A stretch of 64,000 nt of DNA from Alphaproteobacteria bacterium. Lineage in GTDB: Bacteria; Pseudomonadota; Alphaproteobacteria; UBA828. This document shows positions 44,587 through 54,290 of this stretch, one piece after another (positions within the stretch are counted from its first letter, which is position 1; each line of letters starts with the position of its first letter). A program made the position numbers and the translations under genes. The stretch covers positions 232,390-296,389 of the forward strand of contig CAXXVO010000006.1 of the NCBI GenBank assembly GCA_963422645.2. Direction: 5' to 3'. The notes below the pieces were generated by a model that was given only the letters and a program-made list of their open reading frames with translations, did not search any database and was not told the origin of the DNA.

Positions 44587-45252
44587 TCACGTGTCTTCGG
44601 CCTCGACGGCCATCATGGCGGCGAGCACGGCGAGGCGTTCGCCCGGCGGCAAGGCCTGGTAGCGCCGGCCCCAGTTGGCTGCCTTGCGCTTGATGCGCTG
44701 GCGGTCGGTGAAGTTCCGGCCTGCGTGGCTGGCCCAATGCATCCGGTCGGGGGCGTAGTTGAACCAGACGACCTCGGTTCGCACCAGACCCTGGGTCGTG
44801 ACCTGCAGCGCCAGCCGGCGCCATCCCGCCAGCACCTCGTCATAGAGCGCCGACGGATGGCCCGAGATCATGACCTGGCAGGGCAGAGCCTTGAGCAGCG
44901 CGAGAAGCGCGACGTGGCCGGCCTCCTCGTACTCGAAGCGGTAGCGCTGCGCCGAGCGGCGGGTCGCGTGCAGATAGGGCGGATCGCTGTAAACCAGCTC
45001 CGGGCCCAGGAACGGGAACGAGGCCAGGAAGTCATGGGCACAGCCGTGAACCAGATCGACCGGGTAGTCGCAGACGAAGGCCTCGAGCGCCTGCGCATCG
45101 CGGTCGATGCCGATCGAACGCACGGCCGGCGGCTTGCGCTTCGTCAGCGCCCCGCCCCCAAGGTGGCTTTCGATGTAGACGGAGTGCGGCGGCATCAGCG
45201 CAATCAGCGCTTGGCACAGACCTGCTGTCGCCTTCGAGCCGAAATACCCCAT
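44587..45252 (-). CDS. Small Dam/D12-class N6-adenine DNA methyltransferase inside IS66
   Basis: GYFGSK, YIESHLGGGA (SAM-binding motif I variant), catalytic DPPY, MISG and TEVVW.NY. Confidence 0.85.
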   Translation of the reverse strand: MGYFGSKATAGLCQALIALMPPHSVYIESHLGGGALTKRKPPAVRSIGIDRDAQALEAFVCDYPVDLVHGCAHDFLASFPFLGPELVYSDPPYLHATRRSAQRYRFEYEEAGHVALLALLKALPCQVMISGHPSALYDEVLAGWRRLALQVTTQGLVRTEVVWFNYAPDRMHWASHAGRNFTDRQRIKRKAANWGRRYQALPPGERLAVLAAMMAVEAEDT

Positions 45253-45634
45253 GGACCGCTCCCGTCACGCGAGAGAGCAGTCCATAGTCCCGCAACTCTA
45301 TGAGGTCAAGAACCAATCGCGGTGGCAGAACCAGGCCGCGGCCGCCGCCATAATCACCGTCCTCAACTCAGGATTGGGGTACCTGGGTAGTTACGTTCCT
45401 GTGTGCACTCCCTAAGGCTGCGGATTGCGGCCGCTTCTCGATTTGCTACAGTGATCCTCTGGATGCACAAGGAGGGAAGGCCGCTGCGGATTGCGGCCGC
45501 TTCTCGATTTGCTACAGTAACGACATGCACGCCTGCCTGATGAAACAGGCTGCGGATTGCGGCCGCTTCTCGATTTTCTACAGTTTCCCGAGACGTAAGG
45601 CATTGAACGGACGTCGTTTTCGTCCGCCCACTGG

Positions 45635-45970
45635 TCAGAAAAACTCCAGTTGTGCGGGCGGATTCGGCGGTGCCTTGCGGGTTTTTCCGACATAGGTCTC
45701 GATCCGGCCGAACTGTTTGTCGGTGATCGTCAGGAATCGAACCTCTCCCGCGGACGGAACGCGGCGCCCCATTCTGGCCGCGTGAACCTTGGCGTTCTCG
45801 ATCGATGCACAGTGCCGAATGTAGACCGAGTACTGCATCATCGTGAAGCCGTCGTTGAGCAGATCCTTGCGAAACCTCGCATAGGCCCTGCGCGCCTTCG
45901 GCGTGTCGGTGGGCAGGTCAAACATCGCGATTACCCACATCGTGCGCCAGCCCCACGGAATTGTTTTCAC
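45635..45970 (-). CDS. cas2: CRISPR-associated Cas2
   Basis: MWVIAMFDLPT, FRKDLLNDGF.MMQYSVY and ITDKQF motifs (type II Cas2). Confidence 0.95.
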   Translation of the reverse strand: MKTIPWGWRTMWVIAMFDLPTDTPKARRAYARFRKDLLNDGFTMMQYSVYIRHCASIENAKVHAARMGRRVPSAGEVRFLTITDKQFGRIETYVGKTRKAPPNPPAQLEFF

Positions 45971-45985
45971 CCCCCGCGGCAGGCA

Positions 45986-46922
45986 TCAACCGATCTCGGC
46001 GGCATCGACCAGATCGGGCTCCACCGGGAGTCCTTCCGGAAGAGCCAGATTCCGATCACCGCCAGTGAGCGTTCGGCACAGGGAGACCGCACTGGTATGG
46101 AGAGCTAACAGCAGAGGTTCCCGGCGCCCGCCCACATGGACGGTTTCGTTGAGCAGGGAAAGAAGTACGGCGCGGGTCTCGCGGTCTGCCAGATCGGGCG
46201 CAGACTCTCCGTCCTCCCCGGCCATTTGGCGGACCCGCCAGTCGACGTAAGGGCGGTACGGCTCCAGCAGATCGTCCGCCAGACAGAACGGATTGCCGCG
46301 GTGCCGATGATGCACACCGAGAGAGGGAATCAGTCCGGCCGCCACCACGCCGCGGGCAACGGCGGCCCGAACGACCGCGTAGCCGTAGTTCAGGAGCGCC
46401 GTTCACGCCCTCGGCCTCGCGGTCGCGGCGGAATGTCTTGCCGAACAGGCGCGGCCAGTATCTCTGCGCGGCCTGGGCTTCAAGATTGTCCGGATCGCCC
46501 GAGCGAACCCGGCGAGCCATCGGAACGAGCCCTCCGTGACTTCCGGTGAAATGGGACAGCACGGTGGCCTGCTGAACGATCTTGGCCCGCACGATCGCCT
46601 GCCAGGCGCGTTTGCGAACCGGCGCGCTGGTCTCGACCTGCGCCCGGTGACGTTCGGTCTGGACGTGATGCGCGTCGAGCGGAAGCATCATTCCGGCGGG
46701 CAGATGATCGCGGCCGGTGACCAACACGGTGGCGCCGGCTTCCAGAAGCGACAGAAAGACGGACTGCGTGTAGGTTGCCCGAGTGTCGTCCACGATGACC
46801 ACGCCGAGATCCTCGATCGGGAAGGTCGCTTTCGGCAGGTCGGGTCGCTCGACCACGAGCTGGCGATGCGCGACGGAGAGCCGTGTGCCGGGCGTCGAAA
46901 ACTCGATGGTCTTGCGGATCAT
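45986..46922 (-). pseudogene. cas1: Type II Cas1 with a +1 frameshift
   Basis: SGDPDNLEAQAAQRYW, then an extra base at about 46400 breaks N(A)LLNYGYAVVRA; the downstream frame has GVHH..N.FCLADDLLEPYRP. Confidence 0.9.
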
Positions 46923-46934
46923 CGCCGGACAAGC

Positions 46935-49615
46935 TCAGTCATTTGCCGGACGAACGCGACCGATCGGATCGACCGAGACCTTCCTGCCGCCGCTCGAGAC
47001 GATCGTCTTGGCGCCGGGGCGAAACGCCGTCGCGCCCTCAGCATCGTCATGGTCGACCATGACGACCTGGCCTGCCGACCATACGCTCTCGACAATCTTC
47101 AGCCTGGTTTTTCCGTTCCTGGTGAGTTGCAATGAGTCGCCGGGAGACAGCGACATCACGAACTGCGCACCGTCGCCGCGCTCCCGCCTGACGACGGGTT
47201 CGTGCCGTGCCTTGCGCCGCGAGGCTTCCAGCAGGCTCACCACGTCGTAATCGACGGTTCCATCGGCCAGCCGGTAGATCACGATGTGATGATTGTTGCC
47301 CAGATCGGCATAGCCCGTGGAGGCTTTCGTCATCAGTTCGATCTGCTGCTTCACGCGCAGACGGACCTTGCGGATTTCGGGGCCTTTCCTGCCCCGTTTG
47401 GGATAGCCATGTACGAACGCCGCGCCTGGATCGCCACCGTGCTTGTCGACCCAGCTCTGGACGATGTCGCGCACGCCGTCATCGACGATGTCGATGATTC
47501 TCGTCCCGTTGAAGCGTTCGAACTCCGAGTTCTTCAGTTCTTCTACGGCCTTTCGGCGGACGAAATAGCGGTATGTCTTTCCGCGCCTGCCCGCGATTTT
47601 CTCGCCGGTATCGCCGTAGATCGTCTCCTTGTGGAGCTGTCCGGAGACCTTCCTGCGGACGCGATGGGACACGACGATGGCAGCGACCGCCCTTGCGGCG
47701 TCGCTTCGAATTGTTTCCCAGGGCGGGTTAAGTTGCAGCTGCGGCGCGCGGGGATCGTCCTCTTCCTGCCAATATCGCGAGAGTTTCTGCGTCATCCCCG
47801 GATGGCAGCACGCGACTGTCAGCGCATCGATCGCGTGATGGCGATGATCGGCGCGGGTCTTTTCGCCGTCATCGGCCAGAATGTTGTTCAGGCGCCACAA
47901 CCGGCGGAGATGTCCCGTGATTCGTCCGGATACGGCGAAGACCTTCACGGACGCTTCCGGTCCCTGGTCCGGCCACAGCTTCTTGAGGTAGGCGACCGCC
48001 TCGCGCGCGGCGAAACCGGTGTCGTTCAGTTGCCGGGAGGCAAAATCCTCCGGGATGGAGGGCGCAAGGAATCGCCTGATCTTGCCGGGAGACATGCCCG
48101 TTCCACCCTTGGGGCGCTTCATGCCGGCAAGCCGATTGGCGAAGGCATCCCACTCTTCCTCGTTGTTTCGGAAGAACTCGTACGGGGTTTGGTTGCCCTT
48201 TCGGAGGTTCACGTCCTTGCGGCAGAGGGTCTTGTTTCTGAAGCTGTTGTCGAGCGAGCGAGATCTCGGCCAGATATGCTCCACCTCGAATGCCCCAGTG
48301 CGGAACAAAGCATCGAACGAAATCGAGTCTCCGGTGTACGGACAGCGGTGGCCGCATTCCTCCCAGAGCATCCATTTTTCGATATCCGCGCGGGCCGGTT
48401 CCGCGATCCCGTTCTGCTGGAGCGCTTCGCGCGCCGCCTTCCGGCGCTGTTCCTGGCGGCGAATGCCGGACGCCTTTTCTTCTCGCTGGCGCTTGGAGTT
48501 GCCGACGTCGCGCGCGACCTCGACGCGAATCATGTCCGGCTTTCCGTACAGGTCGATCAGGTTGTTGACCACCTTGCGCAGCTCGTTGCGTGTGCGGGCG
48601 ACCGTCGGGTTGCGCAGGCTGGCAACACGTTCTCTTTCCTCGCGTTCGGCTGGACTTGGAAGGCGATCGAACACTTCGCCGGTCGGCTGATCGCGACCGG
48701 GAAATGTCTCGGCTCGCCACCCCTCCCAATCGGGACCGTTGACCAGTTCGCCGAACCTGACCCCGTCCTCGAGATGCGGCAGCATCGCCTGTAGCGCCTC
48801 GACGGAATAAGGCTCCCAGCCGGACGGCAGTTTCAACGTCTCGATCTTGGTCGCCTGAGCGTCCGACAGGCCGAACTCCGCGACAAATTTCTGCACGAGC
48901 GCCGCCCTGCGCGCGGTGCGCTCGGCCTTGGGAAGAATGACCACGCGCTGATCGCGCACCTGTTCGTAGTCGGCCTGCCAGGTCCGGTAGGGAAGCGAAT
49001 CCCGGATTTCCTGCTTGTGCGGATGCTCCTGCCAGTCGCTGCCGAAGATATCCGCGAGCTTCGCCTCGACCGGATTGCCGAGCAGTTTCTTCTCTCCGCC
49101 TTCCTCCAGGTTGAACTTGAGCGCTCTCTCCTCGCCGGGCTCGCCGCGAGCCCGGTATAGCGGTGCGAGCGCCCGGCGAACGCCCGGCCACGTCATCGAC
49201 GCCTGCATTTGCAGTCTGGAGAGGATCGCCTGGCGCTCTTCGGGGTTGAGAAGACGCTGATTGCCGCCGGCAAGCGCAAGGTTGTTCAGCTTTTCGAGCA
49301 TGCGCCGCTGCTGCGAGAGCCAGGAACCCTTCGGACAGAGAGGCGCGTCAGGGACGAACCGGCACTTGCCAAGCGTGTTCAGCCGCCAGAAGACGGGCCG
49401 CTGGCCGAAGATCGCGTCCCGCACGGAGGAACGGAATGGCTCCGGAACGAGCGGCATCCACACCGTATCGAACTCGTCCTCGACGGTGTCGCGCGTGGCA
49501 TGCTCGCCTCGCTTGCGCTCATGTGGTCCACGCGCGGCGAGCCAGGCGCCGAGCGTCTTGCCCTCGCGCTTCAGTGCCTGAACGGTTTGCTCCCGCGCCG
49601 ACGTCGCTTGAGCTT
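46935..49615 (-). pseudogene. cas9: Type II-C Cas9, 5'-truncated (no RuvC-I or bridge helix)
   Basis: RuvC-II (IRVEVAR), HNH (EVEHIWPRS..DNS..NK..C....N..K.N), RQLNDT, RuvC-III (DHRHHAIDA) and C-terminal DPIGRV. Resembles Parvibaculum lavamentivorans Cas9 from recall. No GxDIG motif upstream; boundary approximate. Confidence 0.92.
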
Positions 49616-49878
49616 GACGCGCGCGACGCGCTTCCCGGGATTTGGCATGCGGGCATGATGGCATGGCTTGGGATCGCAATCAACACCAACCACAACACAT
49701 GAGAGTAACTTCAGGGGTGTTCCTGACCTCTCCTGGCCTTTCAGGATCGTCGGATATCGGCCAAAACCCAATGTTACAGCGGTATCCGAGTACTCCTAAG
49801 CAAGTACGAGCATCAGCAGGAACAAGACGTAACTGTTGTTTCTCACCAGGGTCATGGGCCCTGAGCCGGGACATGACC

Positions 49879-49907
49879 TTGACATTCCGCGATACAACCA
49901 TAAAACT
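49879..49907 (+). promoter_or_regulatory. Putative sigma70 promoter for the arsR operon (possibly leaderless)
   Basis: TTGACA at 49879, TAAAACT at 49901, ATG at 49914 with no evident RBS. Confidence 0.45.
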
Positions 49908-49913
49908 AGTTAT

Positions 49914-50297
49914 ATGAAATCCACACACGCCCACTATTCCTTTCCGGACCGCGCCGTCGTCCTCGAGGAAGCGGCGCAGGGGTTCGCCGCATGCGGCTCT
50001 GAGCCCAGGCTCACGGTGCTGCGCCTGCTCGTCCGCGCGGGAGACGAGGGGCTCACCGTCGGCGAGATCCAGGAGCGCACCGCCATCCCGGCGTCCACCC
50101 TGGCCCATCACCTGGGGATTCTCGCCGCCGGCGGACTGGTGGAGCAGGAACGCCGCGGCCGCACGGTGATCAACCGGGCCGCCTATGGGCGCCTCGAAGC
50201 CCTCGCCGGCTTCCTGCTGGAGGCGTGCTGTGCCGATGCCAGGCCCTCGCCTCAGGCCCGTGCCGCGCGTGCGGCGCTCAGGAGTCCGTCGCCATGA
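49914..50297 (+). CDS. ArsR/SmtB family transcriptional regulator
   Basis: RLTVLRLLV..G..G.TVGEI, STLAHHL and a C-terminal CC pair. Confidence 0.88.
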   Translation: MKSTHAHYSFPDRAVVLEEAAQGFAACGSEPRLTVLRLLVRAGDEGLTVGEIQERTAIPASTLAHHLGILAAGGLVEQERRGRTVINRAAYGRLEALAGFLLEACCADARPSPQARAARAALRSPSP

Positions 50298-51331
50298 CAG
50301 CGCTCGTTCTTCGCGGCGTCCACGGCCTGCGCGCGAAGATACAGGGCGTCCGGTCCGTCTGGGCCCTGATCCTCGCCATCCCGCTTGGAGTGGCCCTGCT
50401 CGACACGCCGAACCTCTCGGACATCCTTCGCACCGCTGCCGAGGCGTTCGCCGGAACCCTGCCCTACATCGCCGGCGCGGTCGTGCTCATCGCATCGCTC
50501 AAGGCGACCGGGGCCACGGTGCTGGTCTCCCGCGCCTTCGCGGGCCGCGAGACGCGGATGATCGTGCTGGCCGCACTCCTCGGCGGCCTCGCCCCCTTCT
50601 GCTCGTGCGAGGTCATTCCGCTCATCGCGGGCCTGCTTGCGGTCGGCGTCCCGCTCTCGGCGATCATGGCGTTCTGGCTCTCCTCGCCGCTCATCGACCC
50701 CTCCACCCTGCTCATTACCGCTGCCGCGCTCGGCTGGGATTTCGCGGTGGGCAAGGCGGTCGCCGCCGTTGCGCTCGGCCTGTTCGGCGGCTTCGGGATT
50801 CGCTTTCTGGTCTGGCGCGGCGCCTTCGCTGAACCGCTCCGCCAGGGCGCAGGCGGTTGCTGCGGCGGCGCCAGCGGGTTCGAGGATGGCGCGCCGGTGT
50901 GGCGCTTCTGGCGCGAGCCGGCGCGGGTAGCCGCATTTCGTGCCGAGGCCATCGCCAACGGGCGCTTCCTCGTCAAGTGGCTTGCGCTGGCCTATCTGAT
51001 CGAAGCCCTGCTGGTCGCCTATGTGCCGGCCGACCTGATTGCGGGTGTGGTCGGCGGGGACGGGATGGCGCCGATCGCGCTGGGCGCGCTCGTGGGCGCG
51101 CCGGCCTACATCAACGGCTACGCCGCGCCTGCGCTCGTCGCCGGCCTCATGGAGCAGGGCATGGGCGCAGGCGCAGCGATGTCGTTCATGGTCGCGGGCG
51201 CGGTGAGCTCCATACCGGCCATGGTCGCGGTCTGGTCGCTCGTGCGCCGGCAGGTGTTCGCGGCTTACGTCTGCTTCGGCGTCGCCGGTGCAATCCTGAG
51301 CGGCGTGCTCTTCGCGGCCCTGGTCGCGTGA
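50294..51331 (+). CDS. ArsP/DUF318-type permease
   Basis: PFCSCEVIP and SSPLIDP motifs; multiple TM helices; coupled to arsR. Confidence 0.85.
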   Translation: MTALVLRGVHGLRAKIQGVRSVWALILAIPLGVALLDTPNLSDILRTAAEAFAGTLPYIAGAVVLIASLKATGATVLVSRAFAGRETRMIVLAALLGGLAPFCSCEVIPLIAGLLAVGVPLSAIMAFWLSSPLIDPSTLLITAAALGWDFAVGKAVAAVALGLFGGFGIRFLVWRGAFAEPLRQGAGGCCGGASGFEDGAPVWRFWREPARVAAFRAEAIANGRFLVKWLALAYLIEALLVAYVPADLIAGVVGGDGMAPIALGALVGAPAYINGYAAPALVAGLMEQGMGAGAAMSFMVAGAVSSIPAMVAVWSLVRRQVFAAYVCFGVAGAILSGVLFAALVA

Positions 51332-51350
51332 CCCTGGTGAGCGGTCCGGC

Positions 51351-52130
51351 TTAGAGCTTGGCCATGATCCCGCCGTCGACCACGAGGTCGATGCCGGTGA
51401 TGAAGGAGGCCTTGTCCGAGAGCAGGAAGAGGCACGCGTGGGCGATGTCCTCGGGCATTCCGAGGCGGCCGAGCGGCGTGCGCGCGATCATGGCGTCGGC
51501 GCTGCTGGGGTCGGCCTCGTAGGCGGGCGCCGTCATCGGAGTCAGCACCGCGCCGGGGCAGATGGAGTTGGAGCGAATGCCGTCGGGCCCGAGCTGCATG
51601 GAAAGCGAGCGCGAGAGCGCGGAGAGGCCGGCCTTCGACGCCTGGTAGGCGTCGATGGGACCGTTCACCAGGATGTTCTCCATGTTGCGCAGGCCCACCA
51701 CGCTCGCGATGTGGACCATCGACCCGCCCGCGCCGGTGCGCCGGAGCAAGGGCACGGCATGGCGCGCCATCAGCGCGGACGCGGTGAGGTTGATCTCCAT
51801 CACCCGGTGCCAGATCGCCATCTCCATCTCGGCGATGGAGCCGTCCCGGTCGTACCAGCCGACGCCCGCCGCATTGACCAGGTAGTCGAGCCGCCCGGAC
51901 GCATCGAAGGCCTCCGCCACGGTGCGCTCGACCAGCGCCTCGTCGGTGGCATCGCCCTGAACGTAGCGGCCGGGGGCGCCCTCGCCCGCCGCGAAATCGG
52001 GCGGTTCGGGCTTGAGGTCGATCGCGCTGACCGCGCAGCCCTCGGCGCGGAGTGCGCGGGCGATGGCGAGGCCCATGCCGCCGCCTGCGCCGGTCATCAC
52101 GCAGGCCTTGCCGTCGAATCCGTCGCTCAT
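51351..52130 (-). CDS. SDR family oxidoreductase
   Basis: TGAGGGMG, VNAAG and YQASK motifs. Confidence 0.9.
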   Translation of the reverse strand: MSDGFDGKACVMTGAGGGMGLAIARALRAEGCAVSAIDLKPEPPDFAAGEGAPGRYVQGDATDEALVERTVAEAFDASGRLDYLVNAAGVGWYDRDGSIAEMEMAIWHRVMEINLTASALMARHAVPLLRRTGAGGSMVHIASVVGLRNMENILVNGPIDAYQASKAGLSALSRSLSMQLGPDGIRSNSICPGAVLTPMTAPAYEADPSSADAMIARTPLGRLGMPEDIAHACLFLLSDKASFITGIDLVVDGGIMAKL

Positions 52131-52146
52131 GGCGCTCTTCCTTCTC

Positions 52147-53082
52147 TCAGCGGGCGCAGGCGGCCCGCAACGCCGCCGCCGAATCGGCCAGGCCCGCCTC
52201 GGCGCTCTCGATCAGCCCGGTGATCGAGACGAAGCCATGGATCATGCCCTCGTGGCAGCGATACGCAGCGGGGACGCCGGCCGCCTCCAGGCGCTTCGCG
52301 TAAGCCTCGCCCTCGTCCCGCAGCGGATCGAAGCCGGCGCTGAGCACGAAGGCCGGCGGCAGGTTGGAGAGGTCGGGCGCCAGCAGCGGCGAGGCGAGCG
52401 GGTCGGCCGCGTCGCCCCCCGGCCCCAGGTAGCTGGCCACGTAGAAGGGCATCGAATTGAGCAGGTAGCCCGAGGAATAGAGGCGCTTGGACTCGGTCTC
52501 GCCGGCGAGGTCGGTGGCCGGGTAGATCAGGAGCTGGAAGCAGATCGCGGGACCGCCGCGCTCGCGCGCCTTGAGCGTCACGCCGCAGGCGATGTTGCCG
52601 CCGGCGCTGTCCCCGCCGATGGCCATGCGCTCCGGATCGGCGCCGAGCTGTGCCGCGTTCTCCGCCACCCAGCGGGTTGCGGCGTCGCAGTCCTCGAGTG
52701 CAGCGGGGAAGGGGTGCTCGGGTGCCAGGCGGTAGTCCACGGAGGCGACCAGGCAGCCCCCGTGATGGCAGAGGTAGCGGCAGACGTCGTCGTGGGTGTC
52801 GAGGTCGCCGCGAATCCAGCCGCCGCCGTGATAGTAGACGAGGATCGGCAGCGGGCCTGCGACCGCCCCATCCGGCTCGTAGAGGCGGACCGCGAGCGGG
52901 CCGGCGGGCCCCGGCGCCTCGTGCGCGCTCACCGACTTCACCGGCAGAGGCCGGCCGGCAACGGCGGCCATCTCCTCCTTCCACGTCGCGCGCGCGTCTT
53001 CCGGCGTCATCTCCTCGACCGGCGTCTCGGCGCTCGGGTCGAGCGAGGCAAGGATCTCCGCCAGCGCGGGGTCGAGCTTCAT
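52147..53082 (-). CDS. Alpha/beta hydrolase (HSL-family esterase)
   Basis: HGGGW, GDSAGG, DPLRDEG and HGF motifs. Confidence 0.92.
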   Translation of the reverse strand: MKLDPALAEILASLDPSAETPVEEMTPEDARATWKEEMAAVAGRPLPVKSVSAHEAPGPAGPLAVRLYEPDGAVAGPLPILVYYHGGGWIRGDLDTHDDVCRYLCHHGGCLVASVDYRLAPEHPFPAALEDCDAATRWVAENAAQLGADPERMAIGGDSAGGNIACGVTLKARERGGPAICFQLLIYPATDLAGETESKRLYSSGYLLNSMPFYVASYLGPGGDAADPLASPLLAPDLSNLPPAFVLSAGFDPLRDEGEAYAKRLEAAGVPAAYRCHEGMIHGFVSITGLIESAEAGLADSAAALRAACAR

Positions 53083-53107
53083 GGTCGTTTCGCCGGGGTG
53101 GTGCGGG

Positions 53108-54214
53108 TCAGGCGCCGGCGGCGGCGCGCAGGGCTTCGCCGCCCTCGAAATAGGGCGCCACCTCGTCGGCGAAGCGGCCGAGCCAGGTCTGGCGGTGGCG
53201 GCGCGGCACGCCGGGCGTCGCGGTCAGGATGAGGAAGCTGTTGAAGCCCGCCTCCACGTACGCCTCGACGCGGCGGCGCACGGTCTCCGGCGAGCCCACG
53301 AACTGCCCGTCGGCCCAGGGCGGGATGTTGGCAGGGTCGGTGCGCGCCTTCATCTTGGCGAAGATCTTGGCCCAGGCGGTGTAGGTGGAGAGCGTCTCGA
53401 AATGGCCGTCGTCGGCCTCGTAATGGTCGATCTGCGCCTGCTGGAAGCGCGGGATGTAGCGCTTGGCGAGGTTGTAGGCCTCCTCGTCCTTATCCGCGAT
53501 GATGCAGTTCACCATCATCGGGTAGCGGCAGGCGCCGACGTCGATGCCGCGCGCCTGCGCCGCTTCCTTCCAGCCGTCGAGCGCCTCGCGCTGCAGTGGC
53601 AGGTTGCTGAAGGCGGTCATGATCGGCGGGAGCCCGAGCGAGGCCATCACCGCGCCCGAATCAGGGCTGCCACCGACGGCACCGTAGAAGTTGATCTTGC
53701 CCGTGTCCGAGCGCGGGCGCAGCTCCACGCGCGTGGAGACGGTCAGGTGCTCGCCCTCGTAGCGGAAGCGCCCGCCGGCGAGCGCGGTGCTGACGATCTC
53801 CCAGACCTCGCGGAAGCGCTGCCGGCTCTCCGCCATCGGCACGCCGAAGGCGTCGTACTCGTACTTCGCCGTGCCCCGCCCGAGCCCCATGTGGAGCGGC
53901 TGGTCGGTGAGCAAGTTGAGCTGGGCGATCTCCTCGGCGAGCCGCAGCGGCTCGTACCAGGGCGTGACCAGCACGCAGGTGCCGAGCGCGAAGTCGGGGA
54001 AGCGCGCGGCGATGTGGGAGAGGAAGGCCAGGGGATTGGGCGTGGGATAGTAGTCGGAGAAGTGATGCTCGATCATCCAGGCCGCCCGGTAGCCGGCCCG
54101 GTGGGCGAAATCGCAGTCCGCCAGAATCTCCTTGTAGAGCGCCGCGTCGGAGAGCCCGTCCTCGCCCACCGGCGCCGCGACGAAGGCGAAATCGATGCCG
54201 CTCACCCTGCCCAT
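53108..54214 (-). CDS. LLM-class flavin-dependent monooxygenase (luciferase-like)
   Basis: WMIEHHF, PLRLAEE, GLGRG and VGSPETV motifs. Confidence 0.9.
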   Translation of the reverse strand: MGRVSGIDFAFVAAPVGEDGLSDAALYKEILADCDFAHRAGYRAAWMIEHHFSDYYPTPNPLAFLSHIAARFPDFALGTCVLVTPWYEPLRLAEEIAQLNLLTDQPLHMGLGRGTAKYEYDAFGVPMAESRQRFREVWEIVSTALAGGRFRYEGEHLTVSTRVELRPRSDTGKINFYGAVGGSPDSGAVMASLGLPPIMTAFSNLPLQREALDGWKEAAQARGIDVGACRYPMMVNCIIADKDEEAYNLAKRYIPRFQQAQIDHYEADDGHFETLSTYTAWAKIFAKMKARTDPANIPPWADGQFVGSPETVRRRVEAYVEAGFNSFLILTATPGVPRRHRQTWLGRFADEVAPYFEGGEALRAAAGA

Positions 54215-54290
54215 GGTTCTCCCGCACCCCCCGCTGCGAACGGCCGGAGACTCGGGCCATCGGCAGCGACTGTCAATGGCGGGCGGGTGC

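Larger units (their letters stand above)
42887..45394 (-). mobile_element. IS66-family element (single-transposase type) with passenger methyltransferase, inserted in spacer 11
   Basis: IRs GTAACTGCCCAGGTACCCC / GGGGTACCTGGGTAGTTAC (18/19 match); 8-bp duplication GTTCCTGT at 42879-42886 and 45395-45402. Confidence 0.93.
41996..45584 (+). CRISPR. Type II-C CRISPR array, 14 repeats and 13 spacers, interrupted twice
   Basis: 36-bp repeat GCTGCGGATTGCGGCCGCTTCTCGATTTGCTACAGT at 41996 (split), 42243, 42308, 42374, 42440, 42506, 42572, 42638, 42704, 42770, 42836, 45417, 45483 and 45549; spacers 29-30 bp; adjacent to cas2. Confidence 0.97.

Noticed and set aside
44585-44824. N-terminal extension of the 590-aa IS66 ORF, as a possible methylase-transposase fusion
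   Set aside because: The extension overlaps the methylase in another frame and the methylase has its own stop; no slippery site was evident.
49616-49880. Candidate tracrRNA upstream of cas9
   Set aside because: No segment complementary to the repeat was found on either strand.
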